Assembly: GCA_964458115.1 (NCBI GenBank)
Contig: CAYWIC010000001.1
Span: 11,984 to 75,983, forward strand
Length of the DNA stretch: 64,000 bases
Direction of reading: 5' to 3'
DNA from: an uncultured Anaerolineales bacterium
GTDB lineage: Bacteria > Chloroflexota > Anaerolineae > Anaerolineales > UBA11858
Position numbers and translations under genes: made by a program. The notes beneath the pieces were generated by a model, which had not been told where the DNA came from, searched no databases, and saw nothing but the letters and a program-made list of their open reading frames with translations. Shown here piece after piece: positions 1 through 9,709 of the stretch; position 1 is the stretch's first letter, and every line of letters begins with the position of its first letter.

Positions 1-225
1 GCCGCGCAACGAGCGGTGTCCAAATTGAACGAGGGCAAAGCGCCTCCACCTTTCACGGTTTCCGAGCCAGTCCAGGCGGTCATCGAATTTCGATTGTCAG
101 AAATGGCGGACAAAGCTGGTCGCCTGCCTGGAGCAAAACGTCTAGATGCCACGCGCATCGAATTGTCTGCACCTGATATGCCCACAGCTTATATCAATTT
201 CCGAGCAGCCGTGCAGGCGGCTTGA
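1..225 (+). CDS. 3' end of a gene entering from the left edge; hypothetical protein
   Basis: Frame 1 is open from base 1 to the stop at 223-225. No recognisable motif. Confidence 0.3.
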   Translation, partial: AAQRAVSKLNEGKAPPPFTVSEPVQAVIEFRLSEMADKAGRLPGAKRLDATRIELSAPDMPTAYINFRAAVQAA

Positions 226-309
226 GATTTTTTACCCTGAGTTTACAAATCCTATATGGCTTGTGAACAAGCCTTGGTTAGAATGAAAGCAAGTGAAAAG
301 GAGATTGCT

Positions 310-1344
310 ATGAAACGTTTCGCGTTGATCATCTCATTTTTGGTTTTGCTTTCGATGGCCTGTTCCCTGACAAATTTTTTCGATCAGGATCAGGAGAGTC
401 TAAATCCTGAAGCGGCACAACCACTGCCTGAAGTACCGCTCCAGCAGGGTCAGTCTCAGCGGCGTTGTGGAGACGAAGTCTGTGATGGGCCTGAGAACAA
501 GGAAACCTGTCCGGATGACTGCTCCCAACCCAGAGCGGAGTCTGAGCAACCAGGCAAGGGAGCAGTGGAAGAGCATTGGGTCACGAATCCCACCACGGGG
601 ATGGAGTTGTATGTTCACATCACCTATCCCACAGGAGAAGGACCGTTCCCAGCCTTGGTCGTTGTCCCTGGCGGCATAGGAGCGGGTAATAAATTCCGTT
701 TACCTGGCGCGATGGCAGAAGCATTGGCCGATGCAGGAATTGTCGCAGTGACCTTCGACCCCGATGGCCGCGGCCAGAGCGGTGGCGAAGAAAATTACAA
801 TGGCCACATCCAACAAGACGGGTTGGCAGCGGTGATCGAATTTGCGGCTGCTCTTGTCAAAATCGATCCCCAACACGTTGGGTTGGCATCGTTTTCGTAC
901 GGCATCACCATGGCGTCCGGGACGTTGGCTCGATACCCTGAACTACCAGTCTTGTTTTTAATGGATTGGGAAGGCCCCGCCGATCGTTTCGATACCACCG
1001 TCGAATGCAGCAATGGCACCAGAATTGATTTCAACCCCTGTGATGATGATGCCTATTGGGCGCAGCGCGAGGCCCTGACGTTCATCTCCGATGTGCGTGT
1101 CCCCTATCAACGATTGCAGAGCGAAAAGGACCATGTACAACCCGATGTGAGCCATGCTATCAATATGATTAACAACGCGGTGGGCGGCGAGGTCCCATGG
1201 GCACGACTAAATGATCTGAGCCCTAACGAAACCTATGACCTTGATGCCCTTCTAGTGATGATCCCTGATACGATGGACAAGGGATTGGATTTGTTAGCGG
1301 TCCAATATGCTCAGGAGTTGTTTGCGTTGCATGGCGTTCCCTGA
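310..1344 (+). CDS. secreted alpha/beta-hydrolase-fold lipoprotein (dienelactone-hydrolase/peptidase-like)
   Basis: Within ORF 256-1344. The ATG at 310 follows AAGGAGA and gives a lipoprotein-type signal (MKRFALIISFLVLLSMAC). There is a short Cys-rich stretch, CGDEVCDGPENKETCPDDC. The core has VVVPGG, FDPDGRGQSGG and a SFSYG nucleophile-elbow-like motif. Confidence 0.55.
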   Translation: MKRFALIISFLVLLSMACSLTNFFDQDQESLNPEAAQPLPEVPLQQGQSQRRCGDEVCDGPENKETCPDDCSQPRAESEQPGKGAVEEHWVTNPTTGMELYVHITYPTGEGPFPALVVVPGGIGAGNKFRLPGAMAEALADAGIVAVTFDPDGRGQSGGEENYNGHIQQDGLAAVIEFAAALVKIDPQHVGLASFSYGITMASGTLARYPELPVLFLMDWEGPADRFDTTVECSNGTRIDFNPCDDDAYWAQREALTFISDVRVPYQRLQSEKDHVQPDVSHAINMINNAVGGEVPWARLNDLSPNETYDLDALLVMIPDTMDKGLDLLAVQYAQELFALHGVP

Positions 1345-1375
1345 AATGGAAATTTATATTGATAATGATTGCGAA

Positions 1376-1416
1376 AACAGGGTTCCAGTAGCTTTTGCGC
1401 CGCTGGAACCCTGTTT
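1376..1416 (+). terminator. hairpin downstream of the hydrolase gene (GGTTCCAGC stem family)
   Basis: CAGGGTTCCAG..CTGGAACCCTG inverted repeat flanked by A/T-rich sequence, about 30 nt after the stop. Confidence 0.45.
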
Positions 1417-1515
1417 CGCGAAATAAGCCCCGATCCGCGTTCCTGACATAACGAATATTATATGGGGGATTTTCATGTTATTGTTCTAATACCCGAAAGA
1501 AACTGGAATTCGATA

Positions 1516-1543
1516 TTGACAACGCCCCCGTTTTGTGTACAAT
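1516..1543 (+). promoter_or_regulatory. sigma70-like promoter of the GntR gene
   Basis: TTGACA (1516-1521), a 16-bp spacer, then TACAAT (1538-1543), about 70 nt upstream of the ATG at 1616. Confidence 0.45.
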
Positions 1544-1584
1544 TATACAAAGATACAATCATACAATAATACAAAGAGACAATT
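1537..1584 (+). promoter_or_regulatory. six tandem 8-bp repeats (RTACAAnn) overlapping the -10 and leader; candidate GntR operator
   Basis: GTACAATT ATACAAAG ATACAATC ATACAATA ATACAAAG AGACAATT, starting at 1537, 1545, 1553, 1561, 1569 and 1577. Confidence 0.4.
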
Positions 1585-1615
1585 TCGTCTAACCACCGGA
1601 TTAAACGGAGTGTAT

Positions 1616-2029
1616 ATGCAAATTGAAATCGATCTGCTCTCGAAGATACCAATTTACGTGCAGATCATCGACCAGGTCAAACACATGATTGCAACGGGCA
1701 GTCTGAAGCCTGGTGACCAGCTCCCCACTGTGCGGCAAATGGCGACAGACTTGCGGGTAAATTTCAACACGATTGCCCGTGCTTACCGGATGCTAGATGA
1801 CAAGGGTCTGATCTCTACCCAACATGGACGCGGTACCTATATCTTGCCGCCATCTTCGGAAGAGAACGGGGAGCGCTTGCGTCGCCAGGATATCGAATGG
1901 TTGACGCGTCATTACCTGAACGAAGCTGCGGGTTTAGATTACACGGCTGAAGAAGTTAGAAAGATATTTGAAAGGTATATCATTCAATGGATCGAAGGTG
2001 GGGCGCCACCTCCAGAACACAAACAATAA
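1616..2029 (+). CDS. GntR-family transcriptional regulator, short YtrA-like form
   Basis: Winged-helix motif PGDQLPTVRQMATDLRVNFNTIARAYRMLDDKGLISTQHGRGTYI. The ATG at 1616 follows GGAG. About 137 aa with only a short C-terminal region. Confidence 0.85.
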   Translation: MQIEIDLLSKIPIYVQIIDQVKHMIATGSLKPGDQLPTVRQMATDLRVNFNTIARAYRMLDDKGLISTQHGRGTYILPPSSEENGERLRRQDIEWLTRHYLNEAAGLDYTAEEVRKIFERYIIQWIEGGAPPPEHKQ

Positions 2030-2046
2030 ATAGAGAGGAATTTATT

Positions 2047-2979
2047 ATGAAAAACCCAACGTACCAACGTATGCGCAAGTCCGATGCCAACGATCCCCGT
2101 ATCAATGGCGTTGCAGGAGTCTTATTTGCTTTCTTTCTCACCATCGCCACTGCAGGCGCGGTGATCATGGGGATAGAAAATGTAGATGCGTGGGTGATTA
2201 TTGTCTTTACCATTGCATTCACTTTGGTCGGCCTTTATTTTATGTTTGCTTTGAAGATCGCCGATCAATGGGAGAAGGCTGTTGTGCTGCGCTTTGGACG
2301 ATACCGCGGATTGCTTGGCCCGGGGTTGTTTTGGATCGTCCCCATTGTAGATACTGTTCCCGAATGGATCGACCACCGTGTGATGGTGACGCCCTTCAGT
2401 GCTGAAAAAACATTGACCAAGGATACCGTTCCCGTCGATGTGGACGCGGTTCTGTTCTGGATGGTGTGGGATGCCGAGAAGGCAGCTCTAGAAGTCGAGG
2501 ACTATAAGATGGCCATAGCTTGGGCCGCGCAAACCGCGCTGCGCGAAGTCATTGGCCAGATGGATTTGGCCGATATCCTGGTAGGGCGCGCCAAGATGGA
2601 CGAGGATTTGCAGAAGATCATCGATGAGCGCACAACGCCTTGGGGTGTCACCGTGCAATCGGTCGAGATCCGTGATATTGTCATCCCTCAGGAGTTAGAA
2701 GACACTATGTCACGCCAGGCGCAGGCCGAACGTGAACGCCAGGCCCGGGTGATCTTGGGTGAATCCGAGAAGCAAATCGCCGACTCGTTTTCCGAGGCTT
2801 CCAAAGCCTATGTTGATAATCCCACTGCCTTACACCTGCGGGCCATGAACATGCTCTTCGAAGGCCTGAAAGAAAAAGGCGCCATGGTCATTGTCCCCAG
2901 CAGCGCGGTGGACACCATGAATCTGGGCGGCCTGAGCGGAATGGTATCGCTGGCGAAAACTTCTGAAATCAAAGAATAA
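2047..2979 (+). CDS. SPFH/Band-7 (stomatin/slipin-like) membrane protein
   Basis: N-terminal TM region, then an SPFH core (EKAVVLRFGRYRGLLGPGLFWIVPIVD...TKDTVPVDVDAVLFW) and an Ala/Glu-rich coiled coil (QAQAERERQARV). The ATG at 2047 follows GAGAGGA. Confidence 0.85.
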   Translation: MKNPTYQRMRKSDANDPRINGVAGVLFAFFLTIATAGAVIMGIENVDAWVIIVFTIAFTLVGLYFMFALKIADQWEKAVVLRFGRYRGLLGPGLFWIVPIVDTVPEWIDHRVMVTPFSAEKTLTKDTVPVDVDAVLFWMVWDAEKAALEVEDYKMAIAWAAQTALREVIGQMDLADILVGRAKMDEDLQKIIDERTTPWGVTVQSVEIRDIVIPQELEDTMSRQAQAERERQARVILGESEKQIADSFSEASKAYVDNPTALHLRAMNMLFEGLKEKGAMVIVPSSAVDTMNLGGLSGMVSLAKTSEIKE

Positions 2980-3058
2980 TCCCGATTGTTGGAAATATGA
3001 TATTTTGGCTCAGGGCCGCTGAACTGCCCTGGGCCAGTCGGGATGAAAGGAGCCTCTC

Positions 3059-3286
3059 ATGGATGAAATCAAGAAATGGGAATACCAGGTTCTTACAATA
3101 GGTTCGTTCTGGTCTGGAACGAAGGATGAACAAATTGCCGCCACACTGAATGCCTGGGGGGAAGAGGGGTGGGAAGCCATCCATGTATACACTCCCTCTA
3201 ATAGCAACAAGGTGACGATTGTTGCCAAAAGGCCTTTGACTGAATCTGTTCGCAGACAGCGAACCCGGCTGCAACGAGATTGGTAA
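3059..3286 (+). CDS. DUF4177 domain protein
   Basis: KWEYQVLT...LNAWGEEGWEAIHVY pattern typical of DUF4177. Confidence 0.6.
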   Translation: MDEIKKWEYQVLTIGSFWSGTKDEQIAATLNAWGEEGWEAIHVYTPSNSNKVTIVAKRPLTESVRRQRTRLQRDW

Positions 3287-3310
3287 TGTTTTTGTGATGA
3301 GGATGACTCT

Positions 3311-3817
3311 ATGGCTTATCATAGTGCACATATTGCCGCTGCGGCGGCAGCAAAGAAACGAAGACTTGCAGAAGAAGCTGAGGAAGAAAAAATGACTAAG
3401 TACAATGATGAAAACACCGAGAAATGGGAATACAAGATCGTGCGCTCTGAATCTGGTGCGTTCCGGAATCCAAATGTTTTGGCAGCCCTTGTAGAAGAGG
3501 AGGCCTTAGCAGGGTGGGAAATGCTGGAGAAATTCGACAATCGTCGTGTCCGATTCCGACGCTCCGTTGATGCTCGCAAACGTGATGAGATGCTCCCAAA
3601 TGGCTATGATCCCTATCGCACAAATTATGGCGGCTCGCTCACGCGGACGGGCATAATGATTGCCCTTGGCTTGCTAATGCTTGGGGTATTTATGTTCAGC
3701 CTGTTGGCGTACCGAGGGGGATCTAGTTTTCCCATCGCAGGGGTCGTTCCTGTGATCGCGATTCTTGTGTTAATTATTGCAATTGCCGCGGTAGTCGCGG
3801 TTGCCCGATCCCGTTGA
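3311..3817 (+). CDS. DUF4177 domain protein with C-terminal membrane anchor
   Basis: KWEYKIVRSE...EEEALAGWEMLEKFD, followed by two hydrophobic helices. Confidence 0.55.
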   Translation: MAYHSAHIAAAAAAKKRRLAEEAEEEKMTKYNDENTEKWEYKIVRSESGAFRNPNVLAALVEEEALAGWEMLEKFDNRRVRFRRSVDARKRDEMLPNGYDPYRTNYGGSLTRTGIMIALGLLMLGVFMFSLLAYRGGSSFPIAGVVPVIAILVLIIAIAAVVAVARSR

Positions 3818-3905
3818 TCATAATTTTGTTTCACGTGCAACAGGTTTCCGAAGGCAGGAATCGTGTTTCACGTGAAACTTCCTTTGAGAATATACAGGAA
3901 AATCG

Positions 3906-4769
3906 ATGGATATTTTCGTTCGTGCATTGAATCCGTTTTTGATGATTGCCATGCCGCTTGGCCTGGGTGTTGTTCTTGCAAAACGCTGGAAGGTGGAGTG
4001 GAAAATCTTTGGTGTTGGAGCCGTTGTGTTTATCGCCTCCCAAGTTTTACATATCCCCTTCAATCAGTGGGTATTATCTCCAGGTATCGAGCGATTTGGA
4101 TTAAATGGGGCCGAGAGTGGAAGCGGGTTAGTAGCCCTGGCGGTCTTGTATGGGTTATCTGCGGGAGTGTTCGAAGAGAGCGCGCGATATCTGGCCTATC
4201 GTTTTTGGTTGAGGGATGAGAGAATCTGGAAATCAGCAGTGATGTTCGGAGCTGGGCATGGCGGCATCGAAGCTATCCTTCTCGGAGCGCTAGCCCTTTA
4301 TGCCTTGATCCAAGCCTTGGTTTTGCGTGGTACAGATTTGACGCAGGTCCTGCCCCCAGAGCAGATCCAGTTAGCTCAATCCCAACTTGAGTTTTATTGG
4401 TCTATGCCATGGCATCTAGCTTTGATGGGAGCCGTAGAACGAGTCGGTGCACTGTGCTTTCATCTGTCGGCTGCGGTGCTGGTGTTGCAGGCCTTTACAC
4501 GTCAGAACCCCTTGTGGGTTGGTGCAGCCATCCTCTGGCATACTGCCATCAACGCGCTGTCATTGATTGCATTGCAGGTTTGGGGCGTCTATATCAGCGA
4601 GGGGGTCGTGCTTTTCATGGGATTACTGAGTATCGGAATCGTGCTGTTGTTGCGCGATGATCACGGGGAGCAAGAACATGCTTCGGATGCGCCTCCCATG
4701 CTAAACATTGAGCCCGGACAACCTGTATTTTCAGAAAAAAATCTGGAAGACAGCAAATACATTTCATAG
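3906..4769 (+). CDS. YhfC-like intramembrane metalloprotease family protein
   Basis: Polytopic membrane protein with FEESARYLAYRF and GAGHGGIEA motifs, as in the YhfC/DUF2324 family. Confidence 0.55.
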   Translation: MDIFVRALNPFLMIAMPLGLGVVLAKRWKVEWKIFGVGAVVFIASQVLHIPFNQWVLSPGIERFGLNGAESGSGLVALAVLYGLSAGVFEESARYLAYRFWLRDERIWKSAVMFGAGHGGIEAILLGALALYALIQALVLRGTDLTQVLPPEQIQLAQSQLEFYWSMPWHLALMGAVERVGALCFHLSAAVLVLQAFTRQNPLWVGAAILWHTAINALSLIALQVWGVYISEGVVLFMGLLSIGIVLLLRDDHGEQEHASDAPPMLNIEPGQPVFSEKNLEDSKYIS

Positions 4770-4777
4770 GTGCTTTT

Positions 4778-5713
4778 ATGGATAATTCGCAGATGATTGA
4801 GTTAAAAGGATTGTCGAAATCTTTTGGCAATGTACAAGCTGTCGACAATTTGTCGTTCTCTGTACAGGCCGGGGAGATCTTTGGTTTATTAGGTCCCAAT
4901 GGGGCCGGAAAGACGACCACCATCCGTATGTTAAGTGCTTTGATTGGGCCGAGTGCCGGAAAGGCTTGGGTTCACGGTTTTCAGGTGGGGCGGCAGGATC
5001 AGGAGATCCGTCGGAGTGTAGGCATCTTGACCGAGTCGCCTGGATTGTATAACCAGCTTAGCGCTGAGAGGAACCTCGATTTCTATGCCCAAATGTATGC
5101 TGTGGATGATACGGCTGGATTCACCGGACAGGTGGAGCACTATCTGAAAATGCTGGGTTTGTGGGAGCGACGTCATGAGGCCGTGGGCACGTTCTCCAAA
5201 GGAATGCGACAGAAATTGGCCATTGCCAGGGCGCTGCTGCATGAGCCCAACGTGCTCTTTTTGGATGAGCCTACCAGCGGTCTTGATCCGCAGGCAGCAC
5301 GCATGTTACGAGGTTTTATCTCTGATCTGAAGAGCGATGGACGAGCGATAATTCTATGTACCCATAACCTTGATGAGGCAGATCGATTATGCGATCGCAT
5401 CGCGGTGCTCAAAGGCAACTTGTTGGCGTTAGATACGCCCACAGCGCTGCGACGAAAACTATTCGGTCGCAAAGTTGTTTTTCATTTGAAAAAGGCTGAG
5501 GCGCGTTTTGCTGATATCGTAGAACGCTTTGAGATCGTACAGTCTACCGAATTTATCGAAAACAAGCTTGTGATAGGGCTGGATGAGCCAGAGCAACATA
5601 ACCCCAAACTCGTCAGAGCGTTAGTTGAAGCAGGCGCTGAGATTCAATTCGTTGGCGAACTGCGTCGCAGACTTGAAGATGTTTACCTACAGTTAGTGAA
5701 CCAAGAGAATTGA
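4778..5713 (+). CDS. ABC transporter ATP-binding protein
   Basis: Walker A GPNGAGKTT, signature SKGMRQKLAIA, Walker B LFLDEPTSGLD. Confidence 0.9.
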   Translation: MDNSQMIELKGLSKSFGNVQAVDNLSFSVQAGEIFGLLGPNGAGKTTTIRMLSALIGPSAGKAWVHGFQVGRQDQEIRRSVGILTESPGLYNQLSAERNLDFYAQMYAVDDTAGFTGQVEHYLKMLGLWERRHEAVGTFSKGMRQKLAIARALLHEPNVLFLDEPTSGLDPQAARMLRGFISDLKSDGRAIILCTHNLDEADRLCDRIAVLKGNLLALDTPTALRRKLFGRKVVFHLKKAEARFADIVERFEIVQSTEFIENKLVIGLDEPEQHNPKLVRALVEAGAEIQFVGELRRRLEDVYLQLVNQEN

Positions 5714-5723
5714 TGGTGTTGCT

Positions 5724-6518
5724 ATGAAGAAAATCTGGACTCTGATCCGAAAAGAATGGGCCGAAGTATTCAAAAACCGCTTTGTACTGTTCACTGTTGC
5801 TTTCCTACCTTTGCTATTCACAGCATTGCCGTTGATCATTCTCTATTTCAGTAGATCTTCTGGAGATTGGAGTGATGCCATGGCGTTGTCAGATTTGCCA
5901 CCTCAATTCCTTGAGATGTGCAGCGGATTGGACACCAGTGGCTGTATGCAGTATTTTATCGTCAGTCAGTTCATGCTTTTGTTCATGATGGTGCCGATGA
6001 TCGTGCCAATCACCTTTGCCTCTTATTCTATTGTGGGGGAGAAGACCACCCGCACTCTCGAGCCTTTGCTGGCAACTCCGATTACGACTTTGGAACTTTT
6101 AGCGGGCAAGGCGCTGGCGGCGTCCATTCCGGCAGTGGTGGCAACTTGGCTGAGCTTCTTCTTGTATATGGTCGGGGTGCGAATGTTGGCAGTCAGTCCA
6201 GGAGTTTTGGGGAAGTTGATCGACCCCTTGTGGTTAAGCGCTATCTTTGTGGTGGGGCCCTTGTTAGCCTTGGCTGGAGTCAGCCTGGCGGTGATGATCT
6301 CCTCCCGGGTCACGGACCCACGGGTTGCGGAACAAATCTCTGCTATCTTCGTGTTGCCTTTAATTGGTTTATTTGTTGGTCAATCCACGGGGTTGATCTT
6401 CGTCAATGAACAGATCATTTTGTGGATGGCAGTAGGGTTATTGGTTCTCGATGCGGGGTTGTTTGCTTTTGCAATCCAACTTTTTCAACGTGAGACGATC
6501 CTGACACGTTGGAAGTAG
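5724..6518 (+). CDS. ABC-2 type transporter permease
   Basis: Six predicted TM helices, immediately downstream of the ATPase gene. Confidence 0.75.
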   Translation: MKKIWTLIRKEWAEVFKNRFVLFTVAFLPLLFTALPLIILYFSRSSGDWSDAMALSDLPPQFLEMCSGLDTSGCMQYFIVSQFMLLFMMVPMIVPITFASYSIVGEKTTRTLEPLLATPITTLELLAGKALAASIPAVVATWLSFFLYMVGVRMLAVSPGVLGKLIDPLWLSAIFVVGPLLALAGVSLAVMISSRVTDPRVAEQISAIFVLPLIGLFVGQSTGLIFVNEQIILWMAVGLLVLDAGLFAFAIQLFQRETILTRWK

Positions 6519-6625
6519 GTGTCGCCAATCGCGAAAATCCTTCCTCTAATTTTCCAATTTGCGGTTAGAATAATAATGTCCCTCTTTGTGCCATAACATA
6601 GAGGTGATGTTTTCAGGGTAAATTA

Positions 6626-7366
6626 ATGAAACGAGCTATTCCATTTTTGTTGATATTGGTTCTCTTGATGTCTCCCTATTTTGCAGCGGCTCAGGTTGAA
6701 TCTGATCCCCTGGTTATCAGCTTAGGCAAAGATTTTGGCTACGCTGCGGGCGTGAAAATCCAGGGCAGCTTTTCTTTGAAAGCGCGCTCACCTGATGACC
6801 TGGTGCGTGTCGATTATTTGATCGATGATATTATCGTTCATACGGCGACTGAACCTCCTTTTCGTTATCAGTTCAATACGGCGGATTTCTCAGTGGGTGA
6901 GCACAGTTTTAAGGCCATTGGCTATCGTGAAAATGGCTCTCAGATCGTTTCTAGTGAGTTTACGCGCGAATTTATCGGTGTTAAGCAGGCTTGGGACAAT
7001 GTGGGCAAACTCATCGTGCCACTATTTGTCGTTGTAGGGGGTGTCTCTCTACTGGCTGCACTGGGATCTGTGAATTTTGGAAGAAAACGAGATATCAAAC
7101 TGGGAGAATATGGTCTGGCTGGCGGTGTTGTTTGTCCACGTTGCCAGTTGCCGTATACAAGGAATGTTCTAGCCCCAAACCTGGTAGTTGGGAAGTTATC
7201 CCGATGCCCGCATTGTGGTAAATGGGCCGTCCTGCCACGTGCCTCTCAGATTGCTCTAGAAGCGGCTGAAGATCGTTATGCTATAAAAGGTGTAATCGAC
7301 TTAGAAGCGCGAGATAATGAAAAGGATTATCGCAAGTTGCTCGATGACTCTCGTTTTGAGGATTGA
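6626..7366 (+). CDS. signal-peptide protein with Ig-like N-domain, one TM helix and cytoplasmic zinc ribbon
   Basis: Signal peptide MKRAIPFLLILVLLMSPYFAAAQ, a TM helix at LIVPLFVVVGGVSLLAALG, and CPRCQ..x..CPHCG. Confidence 0.5.
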   Translation: MKRAIPFLLILVLLMSPYFAAAQVESDPLVISLGKDFGYAAGVKIQGSFSLKARSPDDLVRVDYLIDDIIVHTATEPPFRYQFNTADFSVGEHSFKAIGYRENGSQIVSSEFTREFIGVKQAWDNVGKLIVPLFVVVGGVSLLAALGSVNFGRKRDIKLGEYGLAGGVVCPRCQLPYTRNVLAPNLVVGKLSRCPHCGKWAVLPRASQIALEAAEDRYAIKGVIDLEARDNEKDYRKLLDDSRFED

Positions 7367-7381
7367 GGAAAAGAGAAGATT

Positions 7382-8620
7382 ATGGCTACTCTCAGTCAAG
7401 AGAACCCAGATGTAGAAAATCTGAACAGATTGGTTGAAATCAATCAGATACTGAATTCAGAGCTCGAACTGAGGCAGCAGTTGAAACATATTCTAAGCAC
7501 AGTGGTAGATATCCTCGCCTGTGAAGCCACTTCTCTGATGTTTTACGATGAAGATGAACAATTGTTGAAATTTACAGTCTCCATAGGCGCGGAGTCCGAA
7601 GACCTTGAATCCATTCCAGTTCCCCTCGAAGGCAGCATCGCTGGGATAGTGTTCACACAAAACCAACCCATGCTGATAAATGATGTCTCCCAAGAGCCAA
7701 ATCACTACACTGTAGTTGAAGAGATGACCGGTTTTAAAGTACGTAGCCTACTGGGGGTGCCGATAAATATTCGCGACCAAACCATCGGTGTTTTAGAAGG
7801 CTTGAACAAATTGGATGGTGAATTTACGGATCAAGATTTGCAGCTTCTCTCCTTGATAGCTGGACAAGCCGCAGTGGCCATCAACAATGTGCGCATCATC
7901 AACGAGCTGCAGAATGCCTATGAAGAGTTACGGAAAGCTGACAAGCTTAAAGCTGATTTTATGGCCGTTGCCTCCCATGAGCTGCGCACGCCCCTGGGCA
8001 TCATTCTAGGGTATGCGACGTTCCTGAAGGAAGAAGCCGAGGGAGATCTTTCAGAGCTTGCTGAAACTGTACATACTGCCGCAATGCGATTACGCACTTT
8101 GCTGGAAGATATGACCAATATGAACTTGTTACATACAGGCGCCACTGAGCTTCGGCTTCAACCCTTGCAGGTTCAGTCAATGATCAGCGAAGTGTTTGAT
8201 GATGTATCTCAAATGGCTGAGTCAAGAGAGTATCAGATTGACTTAATCTTGCCATCCCAAGAACTCTGGATTAATGCAGATGTGCGGCTCCAAAAGGTAT
8301 TTGAAAAGCTATTGAATAATGCCATGCGGTTTACGCCACCAAACGGTGAGATCACCTTGCAAGTATCGAGCTCTGATGAAGAGATTCTCGTCGAGATCAA
8401 AGATAGTGGGATCGGCATTGCACCCGAAGAAGTCGAACGCATCTTTGAACAGTTCTATCAAATAGAACATCACATGAGACGTCGTTATGAGGGTCTGGGT
8501 TTGGGGTTAGCAATTGCTCGGGGGATGGTAGAACTTCACCAGGGCCGGATATGGGCGGCATCAGATGGCCCAGGAAAAGGATCCACTTTCAAGGTTCAAC
8601 TACCGAGATATTATCCTTGA
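7382..8620 (+). CDS. GAF-domain sensor histidine kinase
   Basis: GAF-like N-terminal half, H-box ASHELRTPL, and HATPase N/G boxes (LLNNAMRFTP, DSGIGI, GLGLGLAI). Confidence 0.85.
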   Translation: MATLSQENPDVENLNRLVEINQILNSELELRQQLKHILSTVVDILACEATSLMFYDEDEQLLKFTVSIGAESEDLESIPVPLEGSIAGIVFTQNQPMLINDVSQEPNHYTVVEEMTGFKVRSLLGVPINIRDQTIGVLEGLNKLDGEFTDQDLQLLSLIAGQAAVAINNVRIINELQNAYEELRKADKLKADFMAVASHELRTPLGIILGYATFLKEEAEGDLSELAETVHTAAMRLRTLLEDMTNMNLLHTGATELRLQPLQVQSMISEVFDDVSQMAESREYQIDLILPSQELWINADVRLQKVFEKLLNNAMRFTPPNGEITLQVSSSDEEILVEIKDSGIGIAPEEVERIFEQFYQIEHHMRRRYEGLGLGLAIARGMVELHQGRIWAASDGPGKGSTFKVQLPRYYP

Positions 8621-8623
8621 ATG

Positions 8624-8656
8624 AAAAAGCTGGCTTCACGTTGAGCCAGCTTTTTG
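8624..8656. terminator. bidirectional intrinsic terminator between convergent genes
   Basis: AAAAAGCTGGCT-loop-AGCCAGCTTTTT. Confidence 0.6.
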
Positions 8657-8663
8657 TTTATTC

Positions 8664-9668
8664 TCAAGCCCCATGTTCAAGGGCCCAGTTCTCGATTTTT
8701 TCCTCCACCTGCTCTAAAAAGATATCCAGAGCCTCGACGCGTTCTGGGAAATCCTCGCCCAGCAATCCCAGTTGCTCAAAGGCCGATTGCCATTCTTGGA
8801 TATCAGCATCGCCCTCTGGGAGACAACCGACGACCTGAGTCCATATATGCAGTAGGGGCCAGATCACGTCCTTTGGCTTTGGGCTGGCTAACAGAGCTTC
8901 GAAGGCGCGCGCGTAGTAGCCTTTGCGGTAAGGATGAATACCAGGCGGTCGATTGATAATGGACGTGGCATCGAAGGTAATCTTCCACACCGACACCCAA
9001 TCATGAAGTGTTTCGACTTCCACGCGAGGCGCTCCAAGCAAGCCCATCAATCCAGCATACATTCCTGGCTGCTCCAAGGCTTGCACACGTCTGGCGAAGG
9101 CAATTAGAAAACGTCGATCTGTGAGAGGCTCACCTACCAACAGCGCCAGTGCATTGGCAGTATCATCGATGCACTTCAGGTACTCGGTGACAGTTTGATG
9201 ATTGCTCGTTGTGGGCGATTCATGCAAAGACATCCAACCCTTGCGAGCATTTTCGATCAAAGTGCGCACACGTATCGCCGTATGATCTTCCCGATGAAAC
9301 ATCCCTCGAACTGTGGCGATAGTGAAGTCGAGGAAATGTTGGGGATCATGCATAACTTGGGCGTTATACAAGCTTGGCCCCATCCAGGGGTGCACACGTA
9401 ATTCTCGACCTTTCAAATATTCCTTTTGAGAATGGTGCTCGATATCCAGATGGACTTCGTCAGTAAGCCTTAGGATTTCACGTGCCACCCTGGGGGTATC
9501 TGTGTGGATGAAGACAAGGTCAATATCCGTGGTGTTTCCAAGCAGGGGATCTTCCCCCATCACCAGCGAACCTCGCAAATATGCGGCCAAGATATCATAA
9601 TTAGCCCGCGTGATTTTTTCTACGGTTGTATCAGCAAATTGTTTCAGGATACCAGAAGTAATTTGCAT
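8664..9668 (-). CDS. nucleotidyltransferase-domain protein (pol-beta superfamily)
   Basis: N-terminal GS..x..DIDLVFIH motif (LRGSLVMGEDPLLGNTTDIDLVFI). The remainder is helical and unassigned. Confidence 0.45.
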   Translation of the reverse strand: MQITSGILKQFADTTVEKITRANYDILAAYLRGSLVMGEDPLLGNTTDIDLVFIHTDTPRVAREILRLTDEVHLDIEHHSQKEYLKGRELRVHPWMGPSLYNAQVMHDPQHFLDFTIATVRGMFHREDHTAIRVRTLIENARKGWMSLHESPTTSNHQTVTEYLKCIDDTANALALLVGEPLTDRRFLIAFARRVQALEQPGMYAGLMGLLGAPRVEVETLHDWVSVWKITFDATSIINRPPGIHPYRKGYYARAFEALLASPKPKDVIWPLLHIWTQVVGCLPEGDADIQEWQSAFEQLGLLGEDFPERVEALDIFLEQVEEKIENWALEHGA

Positions 9669-9709
9669 CTCTCTTCCTCCTTACTCCGGAGCAGGACTCG
9701 ACTCAATGA

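Noticed and set aside
5918-6409. 163-aa alternative-frame ORF inside the ABC-2 permease gene
   Set aside because: It is on the same strand but in a different frame. The permease frame gives clean TM helices and is translationally coupled to the ATPase gene.
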